Shown in pieces: positions 19,844 through 30,421 of a DNA stretch of 64,000 bases. A program made the position numbers and the translations under genes. The stretch is taken from assembly GCA_030867685.1 (NCBI GenBank), contig JAQOWU010000007.1, forward strand, positions 1,054,001 through 1,118,000. The letters are read 5' to 3'. Within the stretch, counting starts at the first letter, position 1, and each line of letters begins with the position of its first letter. The DNA is from Wickerhamiella versatilis (Eukaryota). Below the pieces are notes generated by a model. It did not search any database. It worked only from the letters and a program-made list of their open reading frames with translations, and was not told the DNA's origin.

Positions 19844-22375
19844 TCAGAAGAAATCGACAAAAGCTATTTCGTCAGAGAAATTTGCTTTAGCAAAGTGATA
19901 AACAGACATCAATAAGAGAGGGAATCTTGATGTATAGAAATGTAAGTATCCTGAAGGTAAATCACCCACGACACTTTGTAGCTTTGGGTCAAAGTCATTG
20001 TAATGATGTAACTTGTTACGGAGAGCACGCAAAAGATCTAGGATCCTATCGCCGTGATACTTTCGAAACTTTCCGAGATTTTCGACAAATACCTGAGGGA
20101 ATTTATCGTGCCAGTTCGTGCCCACTGTTACGTATGAGGATGATTCGAGCTGATCTATTAGCTCGCTCTTTTCCTTCTTTGTTTCAATTTCAAGTCTATC
20201 ACTCACTCTTACAAGGAAATCTAGCCGTTTCTGGTCAGACCAGAAGAACGGATGTTTCAATATTTCCTCTGTTGCAGGTCTTTTGGTGGAATCTGCAGCA
20301 AGCATCGCCGTCACAAGATCCCTTGACTCCTCGTCTGGTAGCGAAATTTCCGGCTTATTTGCCAAAATATTTGCTTGGCGCAAATGTAATTCTTTGCCAA
20401 AAGGGTGGACACCCCAATTAAGAACATAATGAAAGACACACCCCAGAGAAAAAATATCTACTGCACGTGTCAGGCGTTCCGCAGGTATAGCTCGTGATAT
20501 TTCTGGTGCCGACCAGCCAGCGGTACCAGCACCAAGAGAGGTTGTAGCTTGAAAACTAGATTGCTCCCCCTCTAGTCGTTTGCAGAGCCCAAAGTCACTA
20601 ATAAGCATACGTGGAGGAACATTTTTGGCTTGTGGAGCAACTAAGATGTTCTGTGGCTTGATATCGCGATGTACTATTTTCAATGAATGCAAATGATGAA
20701 GACCAAGGGTGACTTGGCGCAAGCATTCATGGGTATCGACGCAAGCGAACTCACGTGCACCTTGTACCATATCTTCCAATGTTCCAGGACATAATTCTAA
20801 AGCAATGAATAGGAATTGATCTGTCTGGTACTTACAGTAATATCGTACGACATTAGGGTGATCATCGCTTTCACTCAGCACTGCAACTTCTTGAGCAGCA
20901 ACATCATAAAAATTCAGTAACATGCGCTTCACCGCGACAGCACGGTGTTCGAACGATCCCTTTAATACAATGGTGCCATGAGATCCATAACCCAAGACCT
21001 CATCACCAACAACCAGCCCATTTGGGAGTGTCTTCGCAGACAGACGTTCTCGTTGCTCCCTTGCCTTTTTTCCTCCACGAGCACCACGCTTGCGTTTCTT
21101 GGGTTCATCCTTGGCTGCATTTCTTGGACGTAGCAGCTTTTGAATACCAAAAAACCAGGCTAATAAGCTGAGAAATAATATTGTAGCAACATTTTCTCCA
21201 ACACGCAGAAAGAAAATCCCCCATGATAGAGGTGGCTTCGCTGGTCCTAATAACTGCGGATGTTGGGTAGCTGGTGGAAGTCCAAGCAGGGGCCGAGAAC
21301 TTTCATGAGTTTGGGTTCCACGAGACCACCCATATTGACACCACTCTGGATGAACGCCTATCAAATCGCCTACGTCTTCCAGCGGCCCGTCCATACTGCA
21401 AATTCTAGCATTAGGCGAGCTTGCAACAAGGGGTCCATATTCTGCCCCGCTTAGGCCCACAAGAGACCCATCTGGAAGGCGATCGACGTAAACGGCATTT
21501 TCTGCAGACGAAACTGCCTCAAACCGAAGTGGTGGTTGTTCTACAACTGCAAGTGCGCCTCTTTCATGGTTCAGAACTGGTCTCAGAGCATCAAAAACAC
21601 GAACTACCACAGAGGGGACTCGCTTAATCCATCTCTGTGGCCTCATGTCATCTGCAGACATTGCGATCACTGTATTGTTGTTGATTGGCGTTACGAACAT
21701 ACCGTCCTGCGGACGCTCGTATTGCTTCTGTAGATCGAAATCACGAGTATTTACGCTCCAGGAGGATATCCTTAGTACCCAAGAGTCATTGGTGCCACTG
21801 CCCATGCGCTCCTGGATGTCTAATATATATTCTGTTCGGCCCAGAATTAGAATATCTTTATCCTCTTTTAAAGCTGTTGAATTCCCTTTGCCAACCCCTC
21901 CTGCCGAACCGCTACCAAGTTGCGAAAGAATTTGGCCGGTTACAGCATCAACCACATATAACTTGGTCTGCTTACAACCAGTATACGCCACACCATCAAT
22001 AAGTCCGAAAGGTGCAGCTTCTATGAGTGACTGAATAGTCGTTGGAATACGAACAAGCTGTTCCTGTTCTAGATAAAAAAGATGGCCATTGTCACTCGGC
22101 TCCACAATCCACAGGGTACTCGCATTTTGAGGCCTTTCAATTTTGACAAGAGGCTCACCTGGAAGTGTCCAGAGTACAGCTCCTGAAAGTCGATCACGAG
22201 CCTGTAATGAGCCATCCACAAATGACAACAATAAAAAATCCGCAAGCCTCCAATCGCTAAGTGCACGAGGGGCTAGAGCAAAGGACCTGGATTCTTCCGG
22301 CAAGTCATTTGCCATTGAGCTAGAGGCAAAAACAATGCTACTGAACTGTAGCAATAGCTGCCACACCCACCACAT
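19844..22375 (-). CDS. IRE1: UPR sensor kinase/endoribonuclease Ire1
   Basis: Signal peptide from ATG 22375, lumenal domain, TM helix, 'KKRKRGARGGKK', kinase 'LGYGSHGT..HRDIKPQNIL..DFGL', KEN RNase 'DLLRALRNK.HHY'. Confidence 0.96.
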   Translation of the reverse strand: MWWVWQLLLQFSSIVFASSSMANDLPEESRSFALAPRALSDWRLADFLLLSFVDGSLQARDRLSGAVLWTLPGEPLVKIERPQNASTLWIVEPSDNGHLFYLEQEQLVRIPTTIQSLIEAAPFGLIDGVAYTGCKQTKLYVVDAVTGQILSQLGSGSAGGVGKGNSTALKEDKDILILGRTEYILDIQERMGSGTNDSWVLRISSWSVNTRDFDLQKQYERPQDGMFVTPINNNTVIAMSADDMRPQRWIKRVPSVVVRVFDALRPVLNHERGALAVVEQPPLRFEAVSSAENAVYVDRLPDGSLVGLSGAEYGPLVASSPNARICSMDGPLEDVGDLIGVHPEWCQYGWSRGTQTHESSRPLLGLPPATQHPQLLGPAKPPLSWGIFFLRVGENVATILFLSLLAWFFGIQKLLRPRNAAKDEPKKRKRGARGGKKAREQRERLSAKTLPNGLVVGDEVLGYGSHGTIVLKGSFEHRAVAVKRMLLNFYDVAAQEVAVLSESDDHPNVVRYYCKYQTDQFLFIALELCPGTLEDMVQGAREFACVDTHECLRQVTLGLHHLHSLKIVHRDIKPQNILVAPQAKNVPPRMLISDFGLCKRLEGEQSSFQATTSLGAGTAGWSAPEISRAIPAERLTRAVDIFSLGCVFHYVLNWGVHPFGKELHLRQANILANKPEISLPDEESRDLVTAMLAADSTKRPATEEILKHPFFWSDQKRLDFLVRVSDRLEIETKKEKSELIDQLESSSYVTVGTNWHDKFPQVFVENLGKFRKYHGDRILDLLRALRNKLHHYNDFDPKLQSVVGDLPSGYLHFYTSRFPLLLMSVYHFAKANFSDEIAFVDFF

Positions 22376-22449
22376 CCCTCTCTGCTTCACGCCTGCAATT
22401 TTAACTTTTACGTAATATACGGACTTAATCGTCTCATTTGTGGAGAGGA

Positions 22450-25400
22450 ATGTCCTCCCCATCAGCAAGGCCCTACAATACAAAAATTCGCCATGGTTTT
22501 GGCCAGATTTCGCTTGAATGGAGCGCATATTTAGCTGAGGCATTTTGCTCCTACTACTGTGACAAGCGACACGAGAGCGACCGACAACCTGAGCTTAAGT
22601 TGGACACGAGGGCAGACTGGCGTATAACTGACCGAAGACGAACAGTAGGGGCGGTAATTATGCTATGTCTTAATATTGGGGTGGATCCTCCAGATGTAGT
22701 AAAGACTCAACCCTGTGCACGACTTGAAGCGTGGGTTGATCCTGTAAATGTCATGGATCAGAAAAAAGCAATTGAACAGATTGGAAGAAACCTACAGCAG
22801 CAGTATGAAACACTGAGTACGCGTACAAGATATAAACAGTCACTCGACCCCTGTGTTGATGACGCTAAACGTGTATGTGTAGGTCTTCGAAGGTCTGCCC
22901 GAGACGACCGGGTTCTCTTACACTATAATGGTCATGGTGTCCCAAAGCCAACTCCTAGTGGTGAAATTTGGGTTTTTAATCGAGGATACACTCAATATAT
23001 CCCTGTATCTGCTGGCGAGCTTCTCCAATGGCTTGGTACGCCGTCCCTCTTAGTATGGGACTGCTCAGCAGCAGGGCGTGTTGTACGAGCTATAGCTCGC
23101 TCTGCGGGCGATCAATGTATTCAGATTGGAGCATGTCGTGCCGATGAAGTCTTACCAATGCATCCATCCCTTCCTGCGGATTTACTATCTTGTTGCTTAA
23201 CTACACCTGTTGACATGGCAGTAAAGTGGTTTGCTTTACAAAATCCAGATCTTGTGGAATCGCATTCTATCCCAGGAAAAGTTACTGACCGTCGCACACC
23301 TCTCGGTGAACTAAACTGGATATTTACTGCGATCACCGATACTATCGCCTGGTCAGCGCTACCACCTTCTTTATTCCGAAAACTTTTTCGACAAGATCTG
23401 GTTGTCGCTGCACTTTTTCGTAACTTTTTACTTGCTAATCGTATACTGAGGGCACACAATTGCCACCCCATTAGTAGCCCGGCTCTTCCAGATACGTCGT
23501 CGCATCCAATATGGGCTTCTTGGGACTTGGCACTCAACCATTGTCTGCTTCAGGTGAAGGTTCTAAAACAGGCTGAAAAAAGCGGTGATCACTATGATTA
23601 TGAGTATTCTGACTTTTTTGAGCAACAATTGACCGCTTTCGAGCTCTGGCTTAGATTGCGGCGCAGCGATGTCCCTAAACCGCCAGAACAGCTTCCTGTT
23701 CTTCTCCAGGTGCTCTTGAGTCAAATACATCGACTTAGAGCATTAGTTTTGCTTTCTCGTTATTTAGATCTCGGGCCGGATGCTGTCCGTATTGCTCTGG
23801 GCATCGGATTTTTCATTTACGTCCTTAAACTGCTGCAAAGTCCTGCGCCAGAACTTCGTCCTGTATTGGTTTTTATATGGGCACGTATAATGGCTGTTGA
23901 ACCTCGTGATGTGCAGCATGAGCTTGTCAAAGAGTCGGGATATGCTTATTTTTTGCAAATTGTCATTCAGTCATCCCCTGCTGATTCGTCTGAGGAAGTC
24001 GACGGTCGCCCAGAACACGTGGCTATGTGCTGTTTTATCCTTGCGCAGTTTGTTCGCGATTATGTGCAGGGACAACGTCTATTGGTTGACCATATGGGCT
24101 TCCTGCCAGCGCTTGTTCGCCATATGGCAGATGAACGTGGTCCTTTACTTCGTCAATGGGCCCTTTTATGCCTTGCCGAGGTTATAAGGGGTAATGAGGA
24201 GGTTTGGGCAGTTGTCAGATCAGTTGAACCTCATATATTCGATGTACACGTTGCAGCCAGACTGGATGATCCGATACCTGAAGTCCGGGCTGCTGCCGTA
24301 TATGCACTTGGTGCTGGTCTTGGATTAGCTGGTGTAGATGACGACCTAGCCCACAGGGTTGCTCGTGTATGTCTTGACGCAAGCCCTTTTGTACGCACAG
24401 AATGTTCTGTTTTCTTTGCTAATTATGTGGAGCTTCATGGTGCCCAATTTGTCGTGTGTGCCTTTACCACTCTTGAGGAAGAGTTCCACGCTCTATCTGG
24501 TGATGATTTGAGAAGTGAAAGCCCTGCTCATGGCTCTATCTCGCTGGCTGTTTGGAGGTTGATTCTCTGTTTAGCGACTGATGCCAGTTCTCCTGTGAGA
24601 GAGAATGCGGAAGCAATAGCAGATCATGTTCATCGTGCACTCGCTCGAACTCCACTTGGTGATGATATGCGGCGAATGGTTGCTGTGCTAGAGCCCAAGA
24701 GCAAACAGGGCAAGATCTCTACAGAACCACCGCAATTAGCGGAGTCACGAGGTTTCTGGGGTTGGCTAAAAGATGAAACAACTATGCGTTCTATTCCAAA
24801 TCCCTCTACAGAGATCAGCTCTCCAGCTTTGCACTCCCCCGACACGCCAACGTTACAACATGGTCTTCCATTGACCTCTAATTTATATGATTGGGCAGTG
24901 GTGTACTTTACCGAGCCGCAATTACATTCCACAGAAGCAGATGAGCCTGGTAGTGAGCGCTATTTGCAACGTTTGTATCGCAAAGATCGCAACGAACGTA
25001 TCTTATCTGTTACACAGGGACAAAAAGACTTGGCTGTTCAGGGAACATGGAACAATCAGCTGGCAGCACTAAGCTGTAAGGAGTCCCCATCTAAGCTGCT
25101 CTTCGCTCAGTTTGAACCTCAATTGTTGACACTGGCAAGAGATACGGTCACGGTTTATGATTGGTCTGCCAGCAGACGTATCTCTAGTTTCAAGGCAGCC
25201 CTCCCAAAGACTGCCTACCTTGCTGATGCTCGTCTTATCAATGAAGATGATATCCCCACTCTTCTTACTGCTGCAACAGATGGCCAGGCCCGGATATGGC
25301 GTAATTATGAGACTGACAATCCCCAGTTGGTTTCTTCTTGGTGGCTATTGCCTGAACTTGGTCGTGCTAATATTATTGTGGATTGGCAGCAGAGCCGAGG

Positions 25401-25992
25401 CTGTTTATTGGCAGGGGGTGATGCGCGAGTGATCCGTGTTTGGGATGCAGCATCTGAGCAGGCGCTCGAAGACTTACCTGTTCGGACGCCGGCAGCGCTT
25501 ACTGCCTTGACTTCTGATCAGGTGATGGGTAATTTATGCATTGCTGGTTTCGGTGATGGTTCAATTCATCTATATGACCGTCGCCTTGAACGTAATAAAG
25601 CTTTGGTCCGACGCTGGAAAATGCCTTCTGGCATAGTGAATGTTCGTATGCAGCGGGGTGGAACCCGTGAGTTGGTTTCTGGTGATTCATCAGGTATGGT
25701 ATCCCTGTGGGATGCTCGATACTCCGGATCGGTAGGTTCTTTCAGAGCGCATACAAGGCATATGCAGACCCTTGAGGTACATGAGCATGCACCAGTGATT
25801 GCCACGGCATCACGTGTTGTTGGTATTTGGTCCACAGCAGGGAGACGTATTTCCACACTCAAGTCGCCATCCTCTGGCTATTCTGTGCCAAAATCTGATA
25901 TCAGATCGGTTTGCTTTCATCCGCATGCAATGGTGCTCGCGATGTCATCCCTTATGGACGATCAGATTAGTATATTCCAGTGTACTGTTTAA
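22450..25992 (+). CDS. KOG1: TORC1 subunit Kog1/Raptor
   Basis: RNC domain 'CLNIGVDPPDVVKTQPCARLEAWVDP', 'HYNGHGVPKPT', 'PPEQLPVLLQVLLSQ.HRLRAL', HEAT and WD40 repeats. Confidence 0.97.
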   Translation: MSSPSARPYNTKIRHGFGQISLEWSAYLAEAFCSYYCDKRHESDRQPELKLDTRADWRITDRRRTVGAVIMLCLNIGVDPPDVVKTQPCARLEAWVDPVNVMDQKKAIEQIGRNLQQQYETLSTRTRYKQSLDPCVDDAKRVCVGLRRSARDDRVLLHYNGHGVPKPTPSGEIWVFNRGYTQYIPVSAGELLQWLGTPSLLVWDCSAAGRVVRAIARSAGDQCIQIGACRADEVLPMHPSLPADLLSCCLTTPVDMAVKWFALQNPDLVESHSIPGKVTDRRTPLGELNWIFTAITDTIAWSALPPSLFRKLFRQDLVVAALFRNFLLANRILRAHNCHPISSPALPDTSSHPIWASWDLALNHCLLQVKVLKQAEKSGDHYDYEYSDFFEQQLTAFELWLRLRRSDVPKPPEQLPVLLQVLLSQIHRLRALVLLSRYLDLGPDAVRIALGIGFFIYVLKLLQSPAPELRPVLVFIWARIMAVEPRDVQHELVKESGYAYFLQIVIQSSPADSSEEVDGRPEHVAMCCFILAQFVRDYVQGQRLLVDHMGFLPALVRHMADERGPLLRQWALLCLAEVIRGNEEVWAVVRSVEPHIFDVHVAARLDDPIPEVRAAAVYALGAGLGLAGVDDDLAHRVARVCLDASPFVRTECSVFFANYVELHGAQFVVCAFTTLEEEFHALSGDDLRSESPAHGSISLAVWRLILCLATDASSPVRENAEAIADHVHRALARTPLGDDMRRMVAVLEPKSKQGKISTEPPQLAESRGFWGWLKDETTMRSIPNPSTEISSPALHSPDTPTLQHGLPLTSNLYDWAVVYFTEPQLHSTEADEPGSERYLQRLYRKDRNERILSVTQGQKDLAVQGTWNNQLAALSCKESPSKLLFAQFEPQLLTLARDTVTVYDWSASRRISSFKAALPKTAYLADARLINEDDIPTLLTAATDGQARIWRNYETDNPQLVSSWWLLPELGRANIIVDWQQSRGCLLAGGDARVIRVWDAASEQALEDLPVRTPAALTALTSDQVMGNLCIAGFGDGSIHLYDRRLERNKALVRRWKMPSGIVNVRMQRGGTRELVSGDSSGMVSLWDARYSGSVGSFRAHTRHMQTLEVHEHAPVIATASRVVGIWSTAGRRISTLKSPSSGYSVPKSDIRSVCFHPHAMVLAMSSLMDDQISIFQCTV

Positions 25993-26037
25993 TTCATGGT
26001 CTTATATTGAAGCTAGATTTATAATGATTTATTTCGT

Positions 26038-26886
26038 ATGGCACTCTGGCCTCTGATCTTATATATCTGTTTCTGTTCTATAGAAACTAGAGGCGTTGAC
26101 AGATATCACATAGCAGGTGGCCCAACCAAGGTGCTTATGGCATCAGGCCATTCTGAGGGCCTACCATCGCAGACTGTTTTAGGGACCCCTCAGAGTCATG
26201 TTTTATTGGCAGATCTTTTGTACATATGGCCGTATGAACAAGGATCGCCTCAGGTAGCTCTGCTTCTAAGTGATGGGCATACCCTTCTTGTCGCTGTCAC
26301 CAGTGCAGCTGTTTATCGTGAGTTGGCATTACATCTTGATGAGAATGTCCAGCAGCCGAGATTAGTTCGTTATCGCCATCAGGGTACCTTTACGGTTGAT
26401 ACTTCCCGTCTGAACTCAGATTTCGCTGTCTTTACTTGCGATGTGAACGGTGGCCCTTTTTTTTGGTCTGTTGCTTGGATTGATCTTCTCGGTCCCGGAT
26501 CATTGGGCTCTCCTAAACGTCCCACTCGATCACTGCCTCATTGTTATCCTTTTGTGCATTCTAATGGTATTTCGTGTTCTACTCCCTTCCCATCTTCGCA
26601 TCTTGGTTGTGGATCCGGCAATCGAGAGTGTTCAATGCGCTGTCAATGGCTGTCAGTTTTCCAGTCTGTTAATTTAGGGGGTCCTCTCACCCTACCTGCT
26701 TCTGGAAAACGCCGAAATCACTGGTTCTCCGATGATGTCTTTGGCGATATTGCCGCACAGCCTGCGGTGAAAAAAACCTGTCCCCAACCATTCAATGACC
26801 CCGATTACTCCGTCGTCATGGATACGCCTGAAGCTATTGCTAGTTCTTCGTCTTCTCGAGGCGATGATATGTGTGTCCATCAGTGA
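26038..26886 (+). CDS. Hypothetical protein (start uncertain; ATG 26137 is an alternative)
   Basis: 282-codon ORF filling an otherwise empty slot, followed by an AT-rich 3' region; no family recognised. Confidence 0.55.
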   Translation: MALWPLILYICFCSIETRGVDRYHIAGGPTKVLMASGHSEGLPSQTVLGTPQSHVLLADLLYIWPYEQGSPQVALLLSDGHTLLVAVTSAAVYRELALHLDENVQQPRLVRYRHQGTFTVDTSRLNSDFAVFTCDVNGGPFFWSVAWIDLLGPGSLGSPKRPTRSLPHCYPFVHSNGISCSTPFPSSHLGCGSGNRECSMRCQWLSVFQSVNLGGPLTLPASGKRRNHWFSDDVFGDIAAQPAVKKTCPQPFNDPDYSVVMDTPEAIASSSSSRGDDMCVHQ

Positions 26887-27270
26887 ACTCGCTACAATTC
26901 TACGTTCCATTTGTATCTCTATATATTTATTTTCTTTTGTGGTAGTGATGTATTGTCTGTTTTAGGTTCTCATCTTGCTAATTGTGATTATTCTGTTTTT
27001 CTATTGTTCTTCAAAATTATATATATGTATGCATTGTAGGGGTCGTAATTGTAATGGAATTATTGGTAGCCATTCGTTAAGCGGAAATCATTAACATCAT
27101 ACGATTTTCAGATGATTTATCAAAATTTATTATGTCAATTTAGCCAACACAAAGTTAGCAATATACGCACCGCATTTTCGTAGCATAATTACGAATTATC
27201 ACATAATATACTAACATGCAACATGTATACAACGACAAATTACGAGTACCAGCTCGTATATAATCATTAA

Positions 27271-29286
27271 TTAAGTCTTATTATGAGCCGCCTTTCGCAC
27301 AACGTTTTTCATAATCTTATACGATCCTTTGCCCGCCTTTTTAGTGTTACGCACAAACCGAAGTCGTGGAAAAACTCGCTTACCATGATCAAACCGAATC
27401 TTAACATCTGATAGACCATCAATACTTTGCCAAACTTCGTCAGGTAGTTTAGACGGCAACTTCCGCCCATATAGACACTGATCCACGAGCCACATACCGG
27501 CAATAAAAGATGATCTATCAAGAGTTCCGTCCATGTTTGTATCAACAAGATCCCAAATGGCGGCCAGAGTATCATATGGCAAGCACGACCGTTGCCATAT
27601 TTGACGAACGACAATACCGTGAACGTCTTTGGACCGAGATTTCATGACTGCAAGAACACTGCCAGAAAGGGAAACATTATCATGGGCTACTTCATGTGGA
27701 GCTTCATTAGAACTCCCTTGGGCAGTATCACGTGTATCTGTAGAAGGCTGTGGTGAGCCACTTTTTATAAAAGGTGACACGGCTTCATACCACAAACCGC
27801 TCTCTTCTTCCGATACAGGGATATACGGCAAATAAGTGCCACAATTTGCAGCCCAGAGACGGTCATAGCGCTTGCGTTCTTTTTCCGTCAATCCCGTAAT
27901 ATGACGCTGGTGATGCTTCCAAGGTTTATCCTCGTTAAACTTACCCTTGTGTTTCTTACGCAACGTCTGTAGCATAGGCTGTTGCTTCACTGGTGTAGCT
28001 TCACGGGTCTGCTGCTGGGGTGGCTGATTATAGAGCTGTGAAACAGGAGGCAGAAAAGGCTGGTTGGCCGACAAAGACTTGTCGGAACCTGGGGACTGCT
28101 TGGATAGCCAAGAAATAATACCTTTTGCCGGTGCGGCTGGAATGTTTAATGCCGCCATATAAGCCTTCGCAAAGTCGGACTGTGACTCCTGACTTCCAAG
28201 AGACCGAACGCTCATATTATCCGGGGTAGGCCGATACCGACTCTGTGGTCGTTGTGAACTCCACTGAACTAATGGCTTATAAGATTTTTTCCTTTTGTTG
28301 CTGGACCTGATCTCATTTTGTATATTGGCAACATGCGATTCAGCACGGGCTCGGGCACCCATTGCAGCTTGGAGAGCGGCCCGCGGATTCTCATTGGACT
28401 TCGAAGACTGAGACGGGGACATCGGTGAAGGTATAGACATCTTATCTTCAGCCAAACGATCCATCATACGCTCATAAAACAGGCCTTGATCTATTCCTTG
28501 GAGTGCAGAGGGCGCAGGTTGTACAGGCTTATGGTTCTGGTCCTCCTCTCGCTTGAGGGCGGCAGAGAGGGACGAGACAAACTTAGCAGACATTGGTACA
28601 CGAGGAGCGATATATTGTTTTTCTTTTGCCGACGTGGCCTTTGCAGCAGCTCTGGCAGAGTCTACCACCGCCCGCGGTGGCTGTTGAGTAGGTTGGGCTG
28701 CGTGATCCAACTGCCTCTGTTTGCTTGGGCTGGGCACATTTGCAGCCTTTGGCAACAGATCCGGAAACACTGGGGGTTTCGGAAGCTCCGGAAGACTTTC
28801 TTGGATAGGCTGATGAAGGGCATGTGTTGCCGCGGTCAATGCGCTCACTGAAAGACCACTGTGGGTAGAGGATCGCCGCGAGGAGGCCAAAGATTGACGA
28901 TCTGAGAATGATGGCGAAGAGGAATTAGAAAATGAGCGCGGCGATGATTGCAATGTTGAAGAGCGAGACCTTCTTTGCGGGCTTGTCACGGCAGTCGCCG
29001 CAGCACAAGGGCTTGGCAAGGCCACAGATGCTGATGGAGTATCTGCTTTCTCTCCGGACTTCTTTGGTGTATTCCTCGCCGGTGTATTTGCAGCTTTGGT
29101 CGCGGACCTAGCTGCAGCTTGTATGAAAGAAGTATTGGTCGGTCGTGGAGGTTTCGCAGCCTCCGCGGAGTATCCTCTTCGTAAGTTGCGCATGTACCGC
29201 CCCTCTGAAGACGCAGATGTCGTCGATAAATGCGAATTTGATTGACCCACGGCATTGGCCTGGCCTTGGGTACCGGCTAATGGCAT
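27271..29286 (-). CDS. IRS4: EH-domain protein Irs4/Tax4-like
   Basis: 'TLRK..KFNEDKPWKHH', 'TEKERKRYDRLWAAN', EH domain 'VVRQIWQRSCLP..TLAAIWDLVD..DG.L.R.SF..GMWLVDQCLYGRKLP'. Confidence 0.85.
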   Translation of the reverse strand: MPLAGTQGQANAVGQSNSHLSTTSASSEGRYMRNLRRGYSAEAAKPPRPTNTSFIQAAARSATKAANTPARNTPKKSGEKADTPSASVALPSPCAAATAVTSPQRRSRSSTLQSSPRSFSNSSSPSFSDRQSLASSRRSSTHSGLSVSALTAATHALHQPIQESLPELPKPPVFPDLLPKAANVPSPSKQRQLDHAAQPTQQPPRAVVDSARAAAKATSAKEKQYIAPRVPMSAKFVSSLSAALKREEDQNHKPVQPAPSALQGIDQGLFYERMMDRLAEDKMSIPSPMSPSQSSKSNENPRAALQAAMGARARAESHVANIQNEIRSSNKRKKSYKPLVQWSSQRPQSRYRPTPDNMSVRSLGSQESQSDFAKAYMAALNIPAAPAKGIISWLSKQSPGSDKSLSANQPFLPPVSQLYNQPPQQQTREATPVKQQPMLQTLRKKHKGKFNEDKPWKHHQRHITGLTEKERKRYDRLWAANCGTYLPYIPVSEEESGLWYEAVSPFIKSGSPQPSTDTRDTAQGSSNEAPHEVAHDNVSLSGSVLAVMKSRSKDVHGIVVRQIWQRSCLPYDTLAAIWDLVDTNMDGTLDRSSFIAGMWLVDQCLYGRKLPSKLPDEVWQSIDGLSDVKIRFDHGKRVFPRLRFVRNTKKAGKGSYKIMKNVVRKAAHNKT

Positions 29287-29822
29287 TGCAATGAGTCTGC
29301 GGGGGCGAGTACCAACCGTAAACGGTCGTTAGTCAGCCAAGATTTTGGGTAACTAGGGTAGTAGTATTTTTTTTTGTATTGAAAAAAAGTCTCCACTGAA
29401 AAGATTGACAAAAATAGGCGATGATTCAATGAGATATTTAGGAAAGCTAAAAATAACGCACTTATTAGTGAATCAGTTTGTAATCTCCGACACCTCTGCG
29501 CTAGCCATAGGTAGGAATGCTTGGAAAATGCTGTACACAATATGACATGCCGATCCATTCGGAGGGACTCAAGATAACCCGAAGAAACACTCAATGGTGG
29601 TTGCTCAACAACCACTAATGAAATGGTTCCTAGAAACCTGTCAACGCCGCCTAAATTGTTGCATAGTTTATATATTTCCGTGTATATCAAAGGCAAAAAC
29701 ATCGACATGGGGGAATAGTTTCTCAAGACAATAAAGCTATATCTTTATGTAAAATCGAAGGGACTCTATCAATGGATGCAGCGACCAAGGTACGCCAATA
29801 CTTGGATGATGTCTACACTCAA

Positions 29823-30362
29823 TCACAGGAAAGCCAACCACAGGGATGTGATCACAGACAGAAACTGTGTGGCATAGCCGGTACGATATACGCCCTTGAT
29901 GGTTACTTCCTTAGCATCATCCCAGATCAAATGCCTTATACCGTTCCAGGAGTGATAAGTCAGAGGAAGCGAGAGCAAAAACTTAGCAGGATACTTGGCT
30001 GCAACTGGAATATTTTCAACCGCAGCTGCGACGTCAGCGAACGAGAATTCATAGCCTACGAAGGGCAAACCCACATAAGCCCATAAAGCGACATAAAATG
30101 TACCAGTTAGGGCAATGCCGGTAAGGCGATGCAAGGCCGACATGACCGCAGTCAGTTGGGGCTGGTAGATTTCCAGATCTGGAGAGAGCGGTCGGTTCTT
30201 GCGCTGCTCCACAAGGATCTGCTGTGCTTGGGGTTCGGAGTTTTGCACAATGGGAATACGGCTCGATTGGAAACGAGCAAATATCATACTGCTAGCACGA
30301 GGACTGCCACGTGCCAACAGGCGTGATGAGCACCGAATAAGAGCTGGATTTAGACGTAGCAT
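29823..30362 (-). CDS. SDH3: Succinate dehydrogenase cytochrome b subunit
   Basis: 'QRKNRPLSPDLEIYQPQLT..MSALHRLTG', 'YHSWNGIRHLIWD'. Confidence 0.95.
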   Translation of the reverse strand: MLRLNPALIRCSSRLLARGSPRASSMIFARFQSSRIPIVQNSEPQAQQILVEQRKNRPLSPDLEIYQPQLTAVMSALHRLTGIALTGTFYVALWAYVGLPFVGYEFSFADVAAAVENIPVAAKYPAKFLLSLPLTYHSWNGIRHLIWDDAKEVTIKGVYRTGYATQFLSVITSLWLAFL

Positions 30363-30398
30363 ACCCGGAACGAAGAGGATCCAAACTGAATGTGTCAG

Positions 30399-30412
30399 CC
30401 AATGGGACCAAT
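30399..30412. promoter_or_regulatory. Tandem CCAAT boxes (Hap complex) upstream of SDH3
   Basis: CCAAT at 30399-30403 and 30408-30412 next to a respiratory gene. Confidence 0.4.
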
Positions 30413-30421
30413 TCCATTGTT

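Noticed and set aside
17961..22543. N-terminal extensions of RAD30, RRP17, IRE1 and KOG1 in the ORF track, which make IRE1 appear to overlap KOG1 and RRP17
   Set aside because: Recognisable homology or the signal peptide begins at downstream ATGs (17960, 19782, 22375, 22450); the overlaps are ORF-caller artefacts
26887..27270. AT-rich convergent intergenic region as a replication origin or centromere
   Set aside because: No diagnostic motif; composition is consistent with two ordinary terminators/3' UTRs
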